From: Minisyncoccota bacterium
GTDB taxonomy: Bacteria; Patescibacteriota; Minisyncoccia; Phycocordibacterales; PALSA-1337
Assembly (NCBI GenBank): GCA_041666915.1
Contig: JBAYFZ010000001.1
Location: 73,086-137,085 of the forward strand
Direction: 5' to 3'
DNA: 64,000 bases
Positions 17,881 through 28,343 of the stretch are shown piece by piece. Numbering within the stretch: position 1 is the first letter of the stretch; every line of letters begins with the position of its first letter. Under the pieces are notes generated by a model. It was not told the DNA's origin. It saw only the letters and a program-made list of their open reading frames with translations, and made no database searches. Position numbers and translations under genes: made by a program.

Positions 17881-20634
17881 ATGAATCCTACATTTGAAGG
17901 AACAAAGATTACTAATCCACAAGAAGAATTGGCGCGTCTTCGTGAAGTAGCCGTTCAACATGCAGAGCGGGCAAAAGAAAGTGGTATAGAATTAGCTCCA
18001 CATCAAGCTGTCAACGAGACCATCAAGCAGTATGCAGAGACCAAACCAAAAGAGGTTTTACATCCAGAGTTTGCTCTAAAGTCTCATGAGACAGAAGCTA
18101 TAACTCTCCAACTCCGACCAGAGCTTCATGATCAGCAGATTGAACAACTCATAGGTGTTCTTCAAGAAAAGGGTATTCGTAACGCTATGTCAGTTTTGGA
18201 AAGAATGAATAATCCACACTTAATGGATGATTTTCATCGTTTCCTCATTCAATTTATTGCTTCTGGATATCCGATCCTTGACCTTAAGGAAAAAGATGAA
18301 CTCTGGAAACCTTTGCATATGACTCTTTTTGAAGTTAGTTTGCCAGAAGTTTTAGAAGAAAATAAGAACAAGCAGTTAAAAGAACTTATCTCTGGAATGG
18401 AACAGTTTTATTCCGCCATGCTTTCTATTTCCGATGACAAAAAGAATCCTGCTTGGTTTACTGTTGAAGTAGCCAACGCCAATGGTAGTGAAGAATTTAT
18501 TTTCTACGTTTCTGTACCGACTTCTCGCAAGGAATTATTTGAAAAGCAGATTCAGGCCATCTTTGCTGGCGCTCATGTTCATGAACATAGAGATGATTAC
18601 AATATTTTCAATGAGAAAGGCATTTCAGTTGCTTCATATGCCAGTCTGTACAAGCACTTTTTGTACCCATTGAAGTCTTACGAAAGTTTTGATGTAGATC
18701 CTCTTGGTTCTATCTTGAACAGTTTCTCTAAAATAAATCGTGAAGGAGAGGGTGCTGCTATACAGTTTGTTATTGGATCAAGAAATGATGAACTTATGAG
18801 AAGTTCAGAAAAGTCATTAGAAAAGATAAAAAAGGGAGAAAAAATAGGGGACGCTTTGAAAGAGATAGATCAGTCTGTAAGTGGCGCTATAGTCAAAGAT
18901 GTCTTCAGTATGTTCAAAAGTAAAGAAAAGATAGATAAAGAGAAAGAAGAAAAAATCAAAAGAGCTGATGCTATAGACCAGACTTCTTTGGATCAGTTTA
19001 CTCGCAAATTAAAGAGTCCTTTTGTTTCGGTCAACATCCGAATTGTAGCCTCAGCTGGTACAGAATCTGAAGCCGAAGGTATTCTCCATGATCTGGAGTC
19101 TAGTTTCAACCAATTTGAAAATGGTCATGGCAATCGTATTGCGTGGAATAAGGTTGAAAAAAGTAAGTTGGAAGATTTGTTGGAAAGATTTTCTCTTCGT
19201 ACTTTCAATGAAAAAGAACAGATTGTTTTGAATCTTGAAGAAATAACGACTTGTTTACATTTCCCAGCTACTCATGTCGGACATGTTGCGCCACAGCTCA
19301 AACAATCCAAAGCTGGTACTTCACCAGCTCCATTGGATGTTCCTAAAGAAGGAACTCTCATTGGTACAAATTTACATCGTGGAGAAGAAAACAAAGTCTT
19401 TATAGCCCCAGAAGACCGCATGCGACATTTTTATGTTATCGGTCAAACTGGTACTGGTAAGACCACTCTTTTGAAGAATATGATCATTCAAGACATCAAT
19501 GATGGACACGGTGTCTGTTTCGTAGATCCACACGGTTCTGATGTTGTAGATATTTTGGCCAATATTCCAGCCAATCGTTATCAAGATGTTGTCTATTTTG
19601 ATCCAGCTTCTACCGACAGACCGATGGCTTTGAATATGCTTGAATACGACCGACGTTTTCCTGAACAAAAAACATTCGTAATAAACGAAATGTTCAATAT
19701 TTTCCAAAAGTTATATGGTGGTACCCCAGAGTCTATGGGTCCAATCTTTGAACAATATTTCCGTAATGCTACGGGACTAGTCGTAGAAGATCCAGATTCA
19801 GGTTGTACTCTTTTGGATGTTTCGCGAGTAATGTCCAACAAAGCTTTTCGTGATTTGAAAATATCAAAATGTAAAAATCCCATCATCGTCCAGTTTTGGA
19901 AAGAGATCGCCGAGAAAGCTGGTGGGGAAGCGTCACTTGCAAACGTTGTACCGTATATCACTTCCAAGTTTGATGTATTTTTGGCAAATGAAATAATGCG
20001 ACCGATCATTGCTCAAGAAAAATCTTCATTCAATATGCGTGAAGTCATGGATAATAAAAAGATTTTGTTAGTAAATCTTTCCAAGGGAAGGTTGGGCGAC
20101 ATCAACTCTCATCTAATCGGACTTATTCTCGTAGGAAAAATACTTATGGCAGCACTCTCTCGTGTGGATTCATTTGGTAAACCTATGAATGATTTCTTCC
20201 TTTATTTGGATGAATTCCAAAATGTAACCACGGATTCTATCGCTACTATTCTTTCTGAAGCACGCAAATATCGTCTTGGACTCACCGTTGCTCATCAGTT
20301 CATAGCTCAGCTTGATGATAAGATCAAGAATGCTGTTTTTGGTAACGTTGGTTCAATGGTAGTATTCCGTGTTGGTACCGAAGATGCTGAATTTTTGGAA
20401 AAACAATTCGTGCCAACCTTCACTCATACCGATATTACAAATCTGGATAACTTCAATGCTTATGTGAAGTTGTTAGCCGGAGGTCGTCCTGTCAAACCGT
20501 TTAATGTCGTCATTGCACGTCCAGAAAAAGGTAATGCTGAACAAGTAGATAAACTCAAAGAGTTGTCGTCATTATCATTTGGTAGACCTGGGGCAGAGGT
20601 GGAGGAAGAAGTGATGAGGAAATATCAGAAATAG
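17881..20634 (+). CDS. VirD4/TraD/HerA-like P-loop ATPase (type IV coupling-protein family)
   Basis: RHFYVIGQTGTGKT, DPHGS, YLDEFQN, SEARKYRL, AHQFIAQL, FGNVGS. Confidence 0.88.
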   Translation: MNPTFEGTKITNPQEELARLREVAVQHAERAKESGIELAPHQAVNETIKQYAETKPKEVLHPEFALKSHETEAITLQLRPELHDQQIEQLIGVLQEKGIRNAMSVLERMNNPHLMDDFHRFLIQFIASGYPILDLKEKDELWKPLHMTLFEVSLPEVLEENKNKQLKELISGMEQFYSAMLSISDDKKNPAWFTVEVANANGSEEFIFYVSVPTSRKELFEKQIQAIFAGAHVHEHRDDYNIFNEKGISVASYASLYKHFLYPLKSYESFDVDPLGSILNSFSKINREGEGAAIQFVIGSRNDELMRSSEKSLEKIKKGEKIGDALKEIDQSVSGAIVKDVFSMFKSKEKIDKEKEEKIKRADAIDQTSLDQFTRKLKSPFVSVNIRIVASAGTESEAEGILHDLESSFNQFENGHGNRIAWNKVEKSKLEDLLERFSLRTFNEKEQIVLNLEEITTCLHFPATHVGHVAPQLKQSKAGTSPAPLDVPKEGTLIGTNLHRGEENKVFIAPEDRMRHFYVIGQTGTGKTTLLKNMIIQDINDGHGVCFVDPHGSDVVDILANIPANRYQDVVYFDPASTDRPMALNMLEYDRRFPEQKTFVINEMFNIFQKLYGGTPESMGPIFEQYFRNATGLVVEDPDSGCTLLDVSRVMSNKAFRDLKISKCKNPIIVQFWKEIAEKAGGEASLANVVPYITSKFDVFLANEIMRPIIAQEKSSFNMREVMDNKKILLVNLSKGRLGDINSHLIGLILVGKILMAALSRVDSFGKPMNDFFLYLDEFQNVTTDSIATILSEARKYRLGLTVAHQFIAQLDDKIKNAVFGNVGSMVVFRVGTEDAEFLEKQFVPTFTHTDITNLDNFNAYVKLLAGGRPVKPFNVVIARPEKGNAEQVDKLKELSSLSFGRPGAEVEEEVMRKYQK

Positions 20635-20711
20635 GGCGGATTTACACAGTCCTTCCTAGAAGGAACATGATAATTTGCGACCACTAGACAAAATTAACCA
20701 TTCATGTTAGT

Positions 20712-20906
20712 ATGTTAAACGGCATGAAAACAAGTAGTACAAATAAAACAGATGCCATTCTCGCTCGCTTGAAAAAACAAAGGGCGCGGGGACGGATAGA
20801 ACAGATCAACACCGATGCTCATCTTATTAGGCTCAAAGAAAAAGGCGACATTACGCAAGCTCAGTTTGATGATGTGACAGGTCGGCAAAAGGAGAAAAGT
20901 GATTAA
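20712..20906 (+). CDS. Small hypothetical protein
   Basis: 64-aa ORF followed by hairpin AAAAGGTCCC...GGGACCTTTT. Confidence 0.45.
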   Translation: MLNGMKTSSTNKTDAILARLKKQRARGRIEQINTDAHLIRLKEKGDITQAQFDDVTGRQKEKSD

Positions 20907-20992
20907 TATGTAAATAAAAAAATAACATAAATCAAATTAAAAGGTCCCTCACAAGCTCGGGACCTTTTTTCTTGGATTATTTACAGCAATTA

Positions 20993-21943
20993 TTATGGTT
21001 TACGATCCAGATCAATAGGAGTAAAAGATAGAAGGGAAAGGTCTTTACTCATTTGCATAGCGAAAGCGTCACCTCGGATATGTTGTTGTATTGTCTTTAT
21101 ATCCGCTCCAGCTTCTTCTGCTAATTTTTGAATGACTGCCAGAGTGTTTTTGTGCACTTCAAGAGAAGTTGTCGCGCGTTCCATGATCTCTTGCTTGTTT
21201 TGTTTATTGGCTTCAACTATGACCTTTTCCAATCTATTTATAAATACTGACAATTGAGCTTGTATTTCTCCGAAAAGGACGAAACGAAAAGGGTCTTCTT
21301 TTATCTCATTTCTAACCGATTCTGTTATGGCAGAACCGTTCATGATTTCAAAACTGTATGATACTAGACGCTCTAGAGACTCGTGTCCAGCTCCTACTAC
21401 AATTCTTGGTAATTTAAAATTCTTAACTTGACCTGTCTTTTCTGATTCAAAATATTTGACTGCTGGTGTATAGCCAAGGTCAATGTCATCAAATGTTCGG
21501 CGTAACTTTTCTCCGATATCATTTGTGCCCGTGGCAAAATCTATGGCGAAACCGAGATGCTCTGAATGCTTGGGATCAATCTCAATCTGAGCGACAGAAT
21601 CTATACCTCTAACAAAGTCATCGTATTGTGAAGTTACGATCATTTTGACTTTTTCAGCAAGCCAACCATAATTTTCCATTACATTACGAAATGCGAATTC
21701 TGCCGCTAAACCTCTTTCAGATTGCTCACGTCGTTCTTCGTTTTGAGAATTCCTCCTATTTTCAAATTTATGTTTAAGAACGTCACAAGTTTTGATATCT
21801 TTATCAATCTCTTGTTCACTAAAATGTTTATGACCTCGGAAACTTTCTAGTTTGATACGTTTCTCGTCTATTTCTTCGTTTACTTTCTCAATGTCCAACA
21901 ATTCCTTGACACCAGCCTCTTCTGTAGATTTGAATGATTCCAT
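20993..21943 (-). CDS. Hypothetical protein
   Basis: 316-aa ORF; DDFVRGIDSV...FAIDFAT segment weakly resembles a PD-(D/E)XK core. Confidence 0.7.
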   Translation of the reverse strand: MESFKSTEEAGVKELLDIEKVNEEIDEKRIKLESFRGHKHFSEQEIDKDIKTCDVLKHKFENRRNSQNEERREQSERGLAAEFAFRNVMENYGWLAEKVKMIVTSQYDDFVRGIDSVAQIEIDPKHSEHLGFAIDFATGTNDIGEKLRRTFDDIDLGYTPAVKYFESEKTGQVKNFKLPRIVVGAGHESLERLVSYSFEIMNGSAITESVRNEIKEDPFRFVLFGEIQAQLSVFINRLEKVIVEANKQNKQEIMERATTSLEVHKNTLAVIQKLAEEAGADIKTIQQHIRGDAFAMQMSKDLSLLSFTPIDLDRKP

Positions 21944-21955
21944 ATTATTATATTA

Positions 21956-22300
21956 TTATAAAGGCATTTCTCCAGTTTCTATTTGGTGATGTACGTCTTC
22001 AAGTGTAATGTTCTTTATATTACCTTGAAATCTTGGGTGTGTTTGAAATGCGGGGTTATGGACGATATCACTAAAAGCTTTTGACCATTTTGAATTGTTT
22101 GCCCATTCAAATGTAATACTTTCCAATCGGTCATGATCTAGTGTTTCTTCTGGATGTTCTGTTACGAATTTTTCTACCGCCAGTTGCATCTGACGAAGGT
22201 TATAATTGCTCGATGGGGGACCGTCTAGAAGTTTATTAATTTCAGCACCAACATCTTTTGCTTTAGGTGTTTCTGCTGGTGATGATTCTGTGTAGTTCAT
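21956..22300 (-). CDS. Hypothetical protein
   Basis: 114-aa ORF co-oriented with the next gene. Confidence 0.65.
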   Translation of the reverse strand: MNYTESSPAETPKAKDVGAEINKLLDGPPSSNYNLRQMQLAVEKFVTEHPEETLDHDRLESITFEWANNSKWSKAFSDIVHNPAFQTHPRFQGNIKNITLEDVHHQIETGEMPL

Positions 22301-22406
22301 GGCTCAATAATACACCTGATTGGAGTTGTTGTTAAATGTATGTGTATGAAAGTAAAAAAATTAGGCCGCCATTCAGTTAAGAATGACGACCTAGTGAGGC
22401 GGGAGA

Positions 22407-22814
22407 TTACCTGTGGTAACCGTACACGCCAGAATGTTGTTGTCGTGGTGCCGGCGCCTGTCGTTCGGTCTTGAGACCGTACGTGTGCGCCGTCCTCTCC
22501 ATAAAGTACCGTTGAGAATTCATTGGTACCGTTATGATCGGGTACCCGGAGTGAGTGGGTACAAATCGAGGAGACGGTTGACATGGCGCCGGTGCCACAT
22601 AGACTCGTTGCACTGGAGCGTAACTATAGACTGGTTGATGAACTACAACAGGTCGCGCTGGGACATATACGACTGGCGGAGGAGTCCGACAGAACGAAGA
22701 TCCGTTCCCGCTACCAATCCGGACACTAACCCCGAAGCTCAATTGGGCTTGGGTAGTATTGGCCATAGCCAATAGAACAACCGCAAAGCAAGCAGATTTA
22801 ATCAAAGTTTTCAT
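22407..22814 (-). CDS. Secreted proline/valine-rich small protein
   Basis: Signal peptide ending TQA, then SFGVSVRIG and PPPVVYVPARPVVV; GC-richer than flanks; upstream promoter-like TTGACT...TATAAT. Confidence 0.7.
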   Translation of the reverse strand: MKTLIKSACFAVVLLAMANTTQAQLSFGVSVRIGSGNGSSFCRTPPPVVYVPARPVVVHQPVYSYAPVQRVYVAPAPCQPSPRFVPTHSGYPIITVPMNSQRYFMERTAHTYGLKTERQAPAPRQQHSGVYGYHR

Positions 22815-23045
22815 TGTACAATCTTTCTCTTTTATCCCAAGGTTATCTTGAGATTTCTGTTACCATTATAGCATGTTTAATACCCAAAAGTCAAGCTCAT
22901 TTTTGACCCTACTTGAAAGAACTGTGGAAAACCTATACACTGCTTGGGTAGTAGAAAGTAGGGTTTTGTAGGGGCCTGCCCTGCGAAGCTCTGACTGTAA
23001 AGAAGAGCGAAGCCCTCCTTCGTTAAAACTACGAAGGGTAAACAG

Positions 23046-23117
23046 GGCCTTATCGTCTAATGGTTAGGACACGGCCTTCTCAAGGCTGTAATCCGGGTTC
23101 GACTCCCGGTAAGGTCA
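23046..23117 (+). tRNA. tRNA-Glu(CTC)
   Basis: Acceptor GGCCTTA/TAAGGTC, anticodon loop TTCTCAA, T-loop GTTCGAC; CCA not encoded. Confidence 0.93.
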
Positions 23118-23212
23118 CAAATTTTTTAGAGCTAAGTAGAGCCAAATATTTTTTATACTAAAGAACTTATACACTGTTCAGGTCTATTTTTGTATTGTAA
23201 AGTTACGGTAAT

Positions 23213-24622
23213 ATGAAAAATTTACAGAAAGGTTTTGTTGTTCAAAGTATAATTGGATTATTAACTCTACTCCTTATTGCTGGTGGGGCATATTATGCAG
23301 GGACGTTAAAAAAATTGACTTCTATAATTGATAAAGATTTCGTTGAAGATAGTAATATGGATAGTTTAGTACAAGAGAAGGGAGATATCCTTATTAGACA
23401 ATTACCTATATCAACATCTACACTAAATTTAGTAAACGTCGAATTGCTCCCAACTCCTCATAGGGGAGCAAATATAACTGAGTTTTCTTTAGGACAAGTT
23501 TTTGAGATATCTACGATTTTTAATATGAGCAATAGTTTGTCAGAAATTGATCTAAAAAATATTAATATTGAAGTATCGGTACCTGACGGTCGTGTCGTAG
23601 CTGTTATTGAACTTGAATGTGAGAAAACTCAAAATATTTTCTATTGTGCAAATAATGTGTGGAATACGAGTAATTTACAAAGCGGGCAGAAGCAGTATAA
23701 ATTTAGTGTAAGTGGCACAGATTCACTTAAGAAGAAAGTCCTAGGTTCTATTGTCCGCGAATTTACATTTAAGGATGTATCAAAAAATTTATGTAAAGCA
23801 GTGTACTCTCAAAACAATATTGATAATGTTAATGAAAACAAATTTAATTTAGTTTTTGTTGGAAGTGGATACTCTAATGTAATTGGAGAATCATTTTCAG
23901 AAGTTTTCACAAAAGTTTCATCTAAATTAATAGATCTCAATGCTATTGGCCATGGACTTTTTTCCATTGATCCTTTCAGAGGTAATAAAGATCTTTTTAA
24001 TTTTTGGTATATAGATAAATCATATCCTCTTGAACAATGTACGCTTATAAATAATTCTTGTCCAAGAGAAGACATTTTAAAATTAGCTGAGAATTGTCAA
24101 TACCCAAATTCTTATGTTGTGGAGGTTCATGATAGAAATGCATACGATCAAGAGGTTGGGGCTTCAGCCAGAAGTATTGTGGTTGCAATGCCGTACTTCA
24201 AGTTTTCAGATCCTACACAATTCGCAGATATTGACTCTCTCCAAAGAACATTTGTTCATGAATTTGGGCATACTTTTTCGGATCTTGGTGATGAATATGT
24301 GCTTTTTCCTGAACAAAAATCGACTCCTGTCCAGATAAATATTCAGAAACTGAAGTCGATTTTTCAAGCCCAGAAAAATATTTTTTATGGTACTTTAAAT
24401 GAATGTCAAAAAGAAGCCCCTTGGCGTAACATTGCCGGCACAGGATGCTTTGAAGGGGCTGGGAAAATTGGTTTTAATGCTTTTAGACCGACAGAGAATT
24501 CCCTGATGCGTGATCAATTTCTTGATCCGTTTACTTTTGGGGCATACAACTCTTCTCTTATTATTAAGACATTTGATCATTTCCTAATTAAATCAAAAAT
24601 AATAAATAGTGAGAATTTGTAG
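23213..24622 (+). CDS. M64-like zinc metallopeptidase with pilin-like N-terminus
   Basis: QKGF plus hydrophobic helix; NLVFVGSGY, PFRGNKDLFNFW, VHEFGHTFSDLGDEY, FRPTENSLMR. Confidence 0.8.
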   Translation: MKNLQKGFVVQSIIGLLTLLLIAGGAYYAGTLKKLTSIIDKDFVEDSNMDSLVQEKGDILIRQLPISTSTLNLVNVELLPTPHRGANITEFSLGQVFEISTIFNMSNSLSEIDLKNINIEVSVPDGRVVAVIELECEKTQNIFYCANNVWNTSNLQSGQKQYKFSVSGTDSLKKKVLGSIVREFTFKDVSKNLCKAVYSQNNIDNVNENKFNLVFVGSGYSNVIGESFSEVFTKVSSKLIDLNAIGHGLFSIDPFRGNKDLFNFWYIDKSYPLEQCTLINNSCPREDILKLAENCQYPNSYVVEVHDRNAYDQEVGASARSIVVAMPYFKFSDPTQFADIDSLQRTFVHEFGHTFSDLGDEYVLFPEQKSTPVQINIQKLKSIFQAQKNIFYGTLNECQKEAPWRNIAGTGCFEGAGKIGFNAFRPTENSLMRDQFLDPFTFGAYNSSLIIKTFDHFLIKSKIINSENL

Positions 24623-24692
24623 TCCTGAAAGCTACGCAATAGGGTCACAGAATTATGTTATAATTGGTCTTATTAGAAAAACATAAAAAATC

Positions 24693-24962
24693 ATGAGTTC
24701 ATCTTTTAAGGGTATTATAAGTGTTATTATTTCTGCTATTTTCTTTTTCCCTTGGGTGTGGATGGGTATTTTCCATATTAAGTTGCCTGCTCTTGTGGCA
24801 TTGATGATTGGATTGGTTGCGGCAATTATCGCCGTTATGTTTGGATCTCAGGCCAGAAAGGGAGGTTCTAGAATATGGGGAACAGCAGGTCTGACATTGG
24901 GGATAATTTCTACGGTCTTGAATGTGGTCAATATAATTGCAGTTGCTTTAAGCCGTGCGTAA
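24693..24962 (+). CDS. Small membrane protein
   Basis: Three hydrophobic segments. Confidence 0.65.
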   Translation: MSSSFKGIISVIISAIFFFPWVWMGIFHIKLPALVALMIGLVAAIIAVMFGSQARKGGSRIWGTAGLTLGIISTVLNVVNIIAVALSRA

Positions 24963-25156
24963 AAAACTTATTGTTATCGCAATAGTTAGTTAAAGTAGCG
25001 TATACTCCTCATAATATTTATGGTTTATATGCGCTGATATATTTTGTGTCATTTTTTATACTTTTCTATCTTTATATTTTTTTAACAAAATAAAGGTCAA
25101 TAATACCTTCTATATTTATGGTATGATTTAATTTATGTAATGGTAAGAGATAAGAC

Positions 25157-26368
25157 ATGAGTAAAATTAACATCACCAAACCACATAAAATCATTTTAAC
25201 ATCTTGTTTTGTTGTTATAGTACTTGGTGTTGTGGCGTATCTTTTCTCAAGAAATGTAAGCTCACCTGTCTCAGAATTTGTTTCAACTGATACGGTTGTT
25301 GTGGCAACTACATCGGATTCATTGATGGTATCTTTGGTGAACATGACGACAACTGTTGTTGATACAACAGATTGGACTAGTGGCTCTGATTCCAATTTTG
25401 ATATTTCATTTAAATATCCTACGAACTGGGTTATATCAACGACTAGTGATAAAAGAGGTATCTACTCCTTAACTGTTACTGATTCTTCGTGGGGTAGTGA
25501 TTTTAAAAATCAGGTTAAGATATCATTTACGAGTCATCAGAATTGCAGCGGAAATGGGTATGATCAACCTGAAATTTTGGGCTTAAAAGTAAGCGATGGT
25601 AAGTGGAGTTACAACAAAACATCTATAGGTAGGACACTTTGTTTCCCAGATAAACAATTTTATATAAGAATGACGGCTGTTTCGGCTCAAGCAAAAAATA
25701 TAGCCGAGCAGATACTTTCGACTATAAAATTCAATCCGGTAGCTGAAAATTCATGGAAGAAATTCTTCGATAGGACTTTGGGGTTGGAGTTTGAATATCC
25801 TGCTTATTTGGGACATGTTATCGTCGAAAAAGCAAATTCAATGAGTTGTCCAGAGATGAAGACGTACGCTCGGAATGGGCAATTGGAAGCAGAGGATTAT
25901 CTTATCTGGTTTTCAAACCTTCAGCATATCGGTACAAGTACGTCTTATGTGGAATACTATATTCCTCTCATAAAAACCGAAAACAGTACGATGGTATGCG
26001 GAATTGATTTGGTTGAGCTTCGTAAGAATTTAGCTTCGAATCCTCAGTATCAATCATCAGCATTTCCACAATTGTATGCCACGGATGCTTATGTTTCGAC
26101 TATAGGTACTACCATTGGGACGTCTGCTAATCAGTTTTATACTTTATATTTTATAAAGCGTAATTCTATGGTAGTTATTCAGCCAGATATCAGGTTTATG
26201 CCGGTTGCGAATTCGAATGAGGAAAATGAGATAGTACAGAAGGAAACTACGAAGGATATGTATTCTTCAATCATTAATTATGTACTTAAGAGTGATAGTG
26301 CTAAGCCGATAAGGAATTACATGGATGATTTTAAAAAGGTTGTAGCTAGTATGAAAATCGTTGATTAA
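25157..26368 (+). CDS. Membrane-anchored extracellular protein
   Basis: N-terminal TM; repeated W...F.YP (PsbP-like) motifs and EQILSTIKF. Confidence 0.75.
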   Translation: MSKINITKPHKIILTSCFVVIVLGVVAYLFSRNVSSPVSEFVSTDTVVVATTSDSLMVSLVNMTTTVVDTTDWTSGSDSNFDISFKYPTNWVISTTSDKRGIYSLTVTDSSWGSDFKNQVKISFTSHQNCSGNGYDQPEILGLKVSDGKWSYNKTSIGRTLCFPDKQFYIRMTAVSAQAKNIAEQILSTIKFNPVAENSWKKFFDRTLGLEFEYPAYLGHVIVEKANSMSCPEMKTYARNGQLEAEDYLIWFSNLQHIGTSTSYVEYYIPLIKTENSTMVCGIDLVELRKNLASNPQYQSSAFPQLYATDAYVSTIGTTIGTSANQFYTLYFIKRNSMVVIQPDIRFMPVANSNEENEIVQKETTKDMYSSIINYVLKSDSAKPIRNYMDDFKKVVASMKIVD

Positions 26369-26413
26369 AATATAATCCACATAAATTTTTAAAGATGTGG
26401 TAAAATTTAGTCC

Positions 26414-26791
26414 ATGTCAAGTTTAAAAGAAAAATCATATTATCTAATAGCGAACATTTGGATTATGGTCGTAATTGGATTTGGTGTGCTTTTGTATGGA
26501 AAAGCTTTTAATTTTATTACAGGCCCAATAGCTGAAACTTTTGATAATATTTCTTTGTATATTATCTCTGCACTTTTCATATTTATCATGGTTGGGCACG
26601 TAATCCTTGCTAAGAGAAATGGCAAAATTTCTGAAATTTTTATTGAAGGAGGTTATAGTGGGTACTCTTGTTCGTGGACAATAGATGAGAATAAGGATTT
26701 TGAAGTATTTTGGGGCACAATAAAAACCTGGCTTTTTATGATTGCTTTGTATGTTATCGGTATAATTTTTCTTTTCTTCTTAGGTAAATGA
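26414..26791 (+). CDS. Membrane hypothetical protein
   Basis: Three TM segments. Confidence 0.6.
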   Translation: MSSLKEKSYYLIANIWIMVVIGFGVLLYGKAFNFITGPIAETFDNISLYIISALFIFIMVGHVILAKRNGKISEIFIEGGYSGYSCSWTIDENKDFEVFWGTIKTWLFMIALYVIGIIFLFFLGK

Positions 26792-26927
26792 TTCAAGCGA
26801 TATCTTTATTTTTTTATGTAATTTCTATCAGTCATCAATTTTGAAAGCCAACCTAATGGTTCACACTCTCAAAATAAAAAGCAAAGAGTATTTCATCTTT
26901 GCTTTCGTGTGAATTGATCTAGTTTTT

Positions 26928-27212
26928 TTAGATTGCTTCAATGGTACTTCCGTAGACATCAAAGCCTTTGCCTATTGTCAGAACCCCACTATTTCTTGTT
27001 TCGATCTTGAGCTCCCCATGATCGAGAATCAGGGTACCTGTAAGGTCTCCGGTCCAGTCGCCCTCATTTTCTACATGGAACGAGACTCTTTTTCCAATAA
27101 GCGATCTGTCTGTAAACCTAAAGATGCGCTTGGTCATCGGTTTGGCCACCGGTATTCTACGTTTTTTAGTTTTCATACATTTCTTAAGTCTGATTGCATT
27201 ATGTACATTCAC
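26928..27212 (-). CDS. Hypothetical protein
   Basis: ORF followed by hairpin near 26879-26905; start uncertain. Confidence 0.5.
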   Translation of the reverse strand: MNVHNAIRLKKCMKTKKRRIPVAKPMTKRIFRFTDRSLIGKRVSFHVENEGDWTGDLTGTLILDHGELKIETRNSGVLTIGKGFDVYGSTIEAI

Positions 27213-27267
27213 TACGACTAAGTCAATGGTAAGAGTTTTTTGATATCTTCTCTGCTATACTTTGATT

Positions 27268-27717
27268 ATGATAGACATCCGTAAAAGAGTCATTGAAGTC
27301 CTGAGCAACACTCATCTTATGAGTTTAGGCACATCAGATAAAAATGGTGTTTGGGTTGCGGATGTCATCTTTGTATACGATGACGATTTGAATATTTATT
27401 GGTTATCAAGTCCAGATTGCAGACATTCAAAAGCTATAATGGAAAATGATAAAGTTTCTGGAACTATTACTCTCAGCACTAATAAAAAAGAGCCAAATCT
27501 CGGTATTCAATTTGAAGGAAAGGCAGAAAGATTGGAAGGTGTTAGAATTGATCTGATTGCTAAGCATTGGACAAAGAGAAGTCATAGAATTCCTGACATT
27601 TGCAAAGCTTTAGAAGTTTTAGATGGTGATTGTTGGTACAAATTGACGCCAACAATGATTGGGCTTATTGATGAAAAAAATTTTGGTTTTGATAGACAAG
27701 AGTTGAAAATAGTCTAA
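27268..27717 (+). CDS. Pyridoxamine 5'-phosphate oxidase family (split-barrel) protein
   Basis: MSLGT...VWVADV.F...IYWLS...RHSK...GIQFEG. Confidence 0.85.
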   Translation: MIDIRKRVIEVLSNTHLMSLGTSDKNGVWVADVIFVYDDDLNIYWLSSPDCRHSKAIMENDKVSGTITLSTNKKEPNLGIQFEGKAERLEGVRIDLIAKHWTKRSHRIPDICKALEVLDGDCWYKLTPTMIGLIDEKNFGFDRQELKIV

Positions 27718-27726
27718 AAAATAACC

Positions 27727-28170
27727 ATGAACATAACAATAATCTCCCCGGGAAAACCAAAAAATTATCTAGGTGAAGATGTTGTTTTGGAGTATACGTC
27801 ACGCATTGCTCATTATTCTCCAATTGAATGGAAATTTATATCGCCATCGGATATGAAGGAAGAAGGTGAGAAAATGATGAAAATTATTCCTGACAATTCC
27901 TACGTAGTTTTACTTGATGAAAAAGGGAAGTCACTTGATTCTATAGGTTTCTCTGAATTTATAGGTAAGCGTCTGAATGAAAGTGTAAAAAACTTAGTTT
28001 TTATAATTGGTGGTGCCTACGGCATTGATGATAAGGTCAAAGAAAAAGCCAATTTTTCCATATCACTTTCGGCACTCGTTTTTCCACATGAACTTGCAAG
28101 GAGTATTTTATCGGAGCAGATATATAGAGGTTTTACGATACTCAAAGGTGAGAAATATCACCATAAGTAG
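27727..28170 (+). CDS. rlmH: 23S rRNA m3Psi1915 methyltransferase RlmH
   Basis: LDEKGK, FIIGGAYG, FPHELAR, EQIYRG, YHH C-terminus. Confidence 0.95.
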   Translation: MNITIISPGKPKNYLGEDVVLEYTSRIAHYSPIEWKFISPSDMKEEGEKMMKIIPDNSYVVLLDEKGKSLDSIGFSEFIGKRLNESVKNLVFIIGGAYGIDDKVKEKANFSISLSALVFPHELARSILSEQIYRGFTILKGEKYHHK

Positions 28171-28218
28171 GCGAGTAGCAATATTGAACTAACCCTTTTC
28201 TGTAAATTCAAACTTCAT

Positions 28219-28247
28219 AAAATGTGACGGATTTTCCGTCACATTTT
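28219..28247. repeat. Palindrome family D copy
   Basis: AAAATGTGACGGA-TTT-TCCGTCACATTTT; near-identical copy at 42117-42144. Confidence 0.7.
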
Positions 28248-28343
28248 CATAAGTTGTTTAAGTAGAAAAGTGCTCTGGTTTAGGCTCGGGTTTTTCTTTT
28301 TGAAACATGATATTATTTAATAAAGTTTTAAATTTCTATTTAA

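Noticed and set aside
17881-20634. Conjugative element
   Set aside because: No relaxase, integrase or other T4SS genes nearby; such ATPases are common chromosomal genes in CPR
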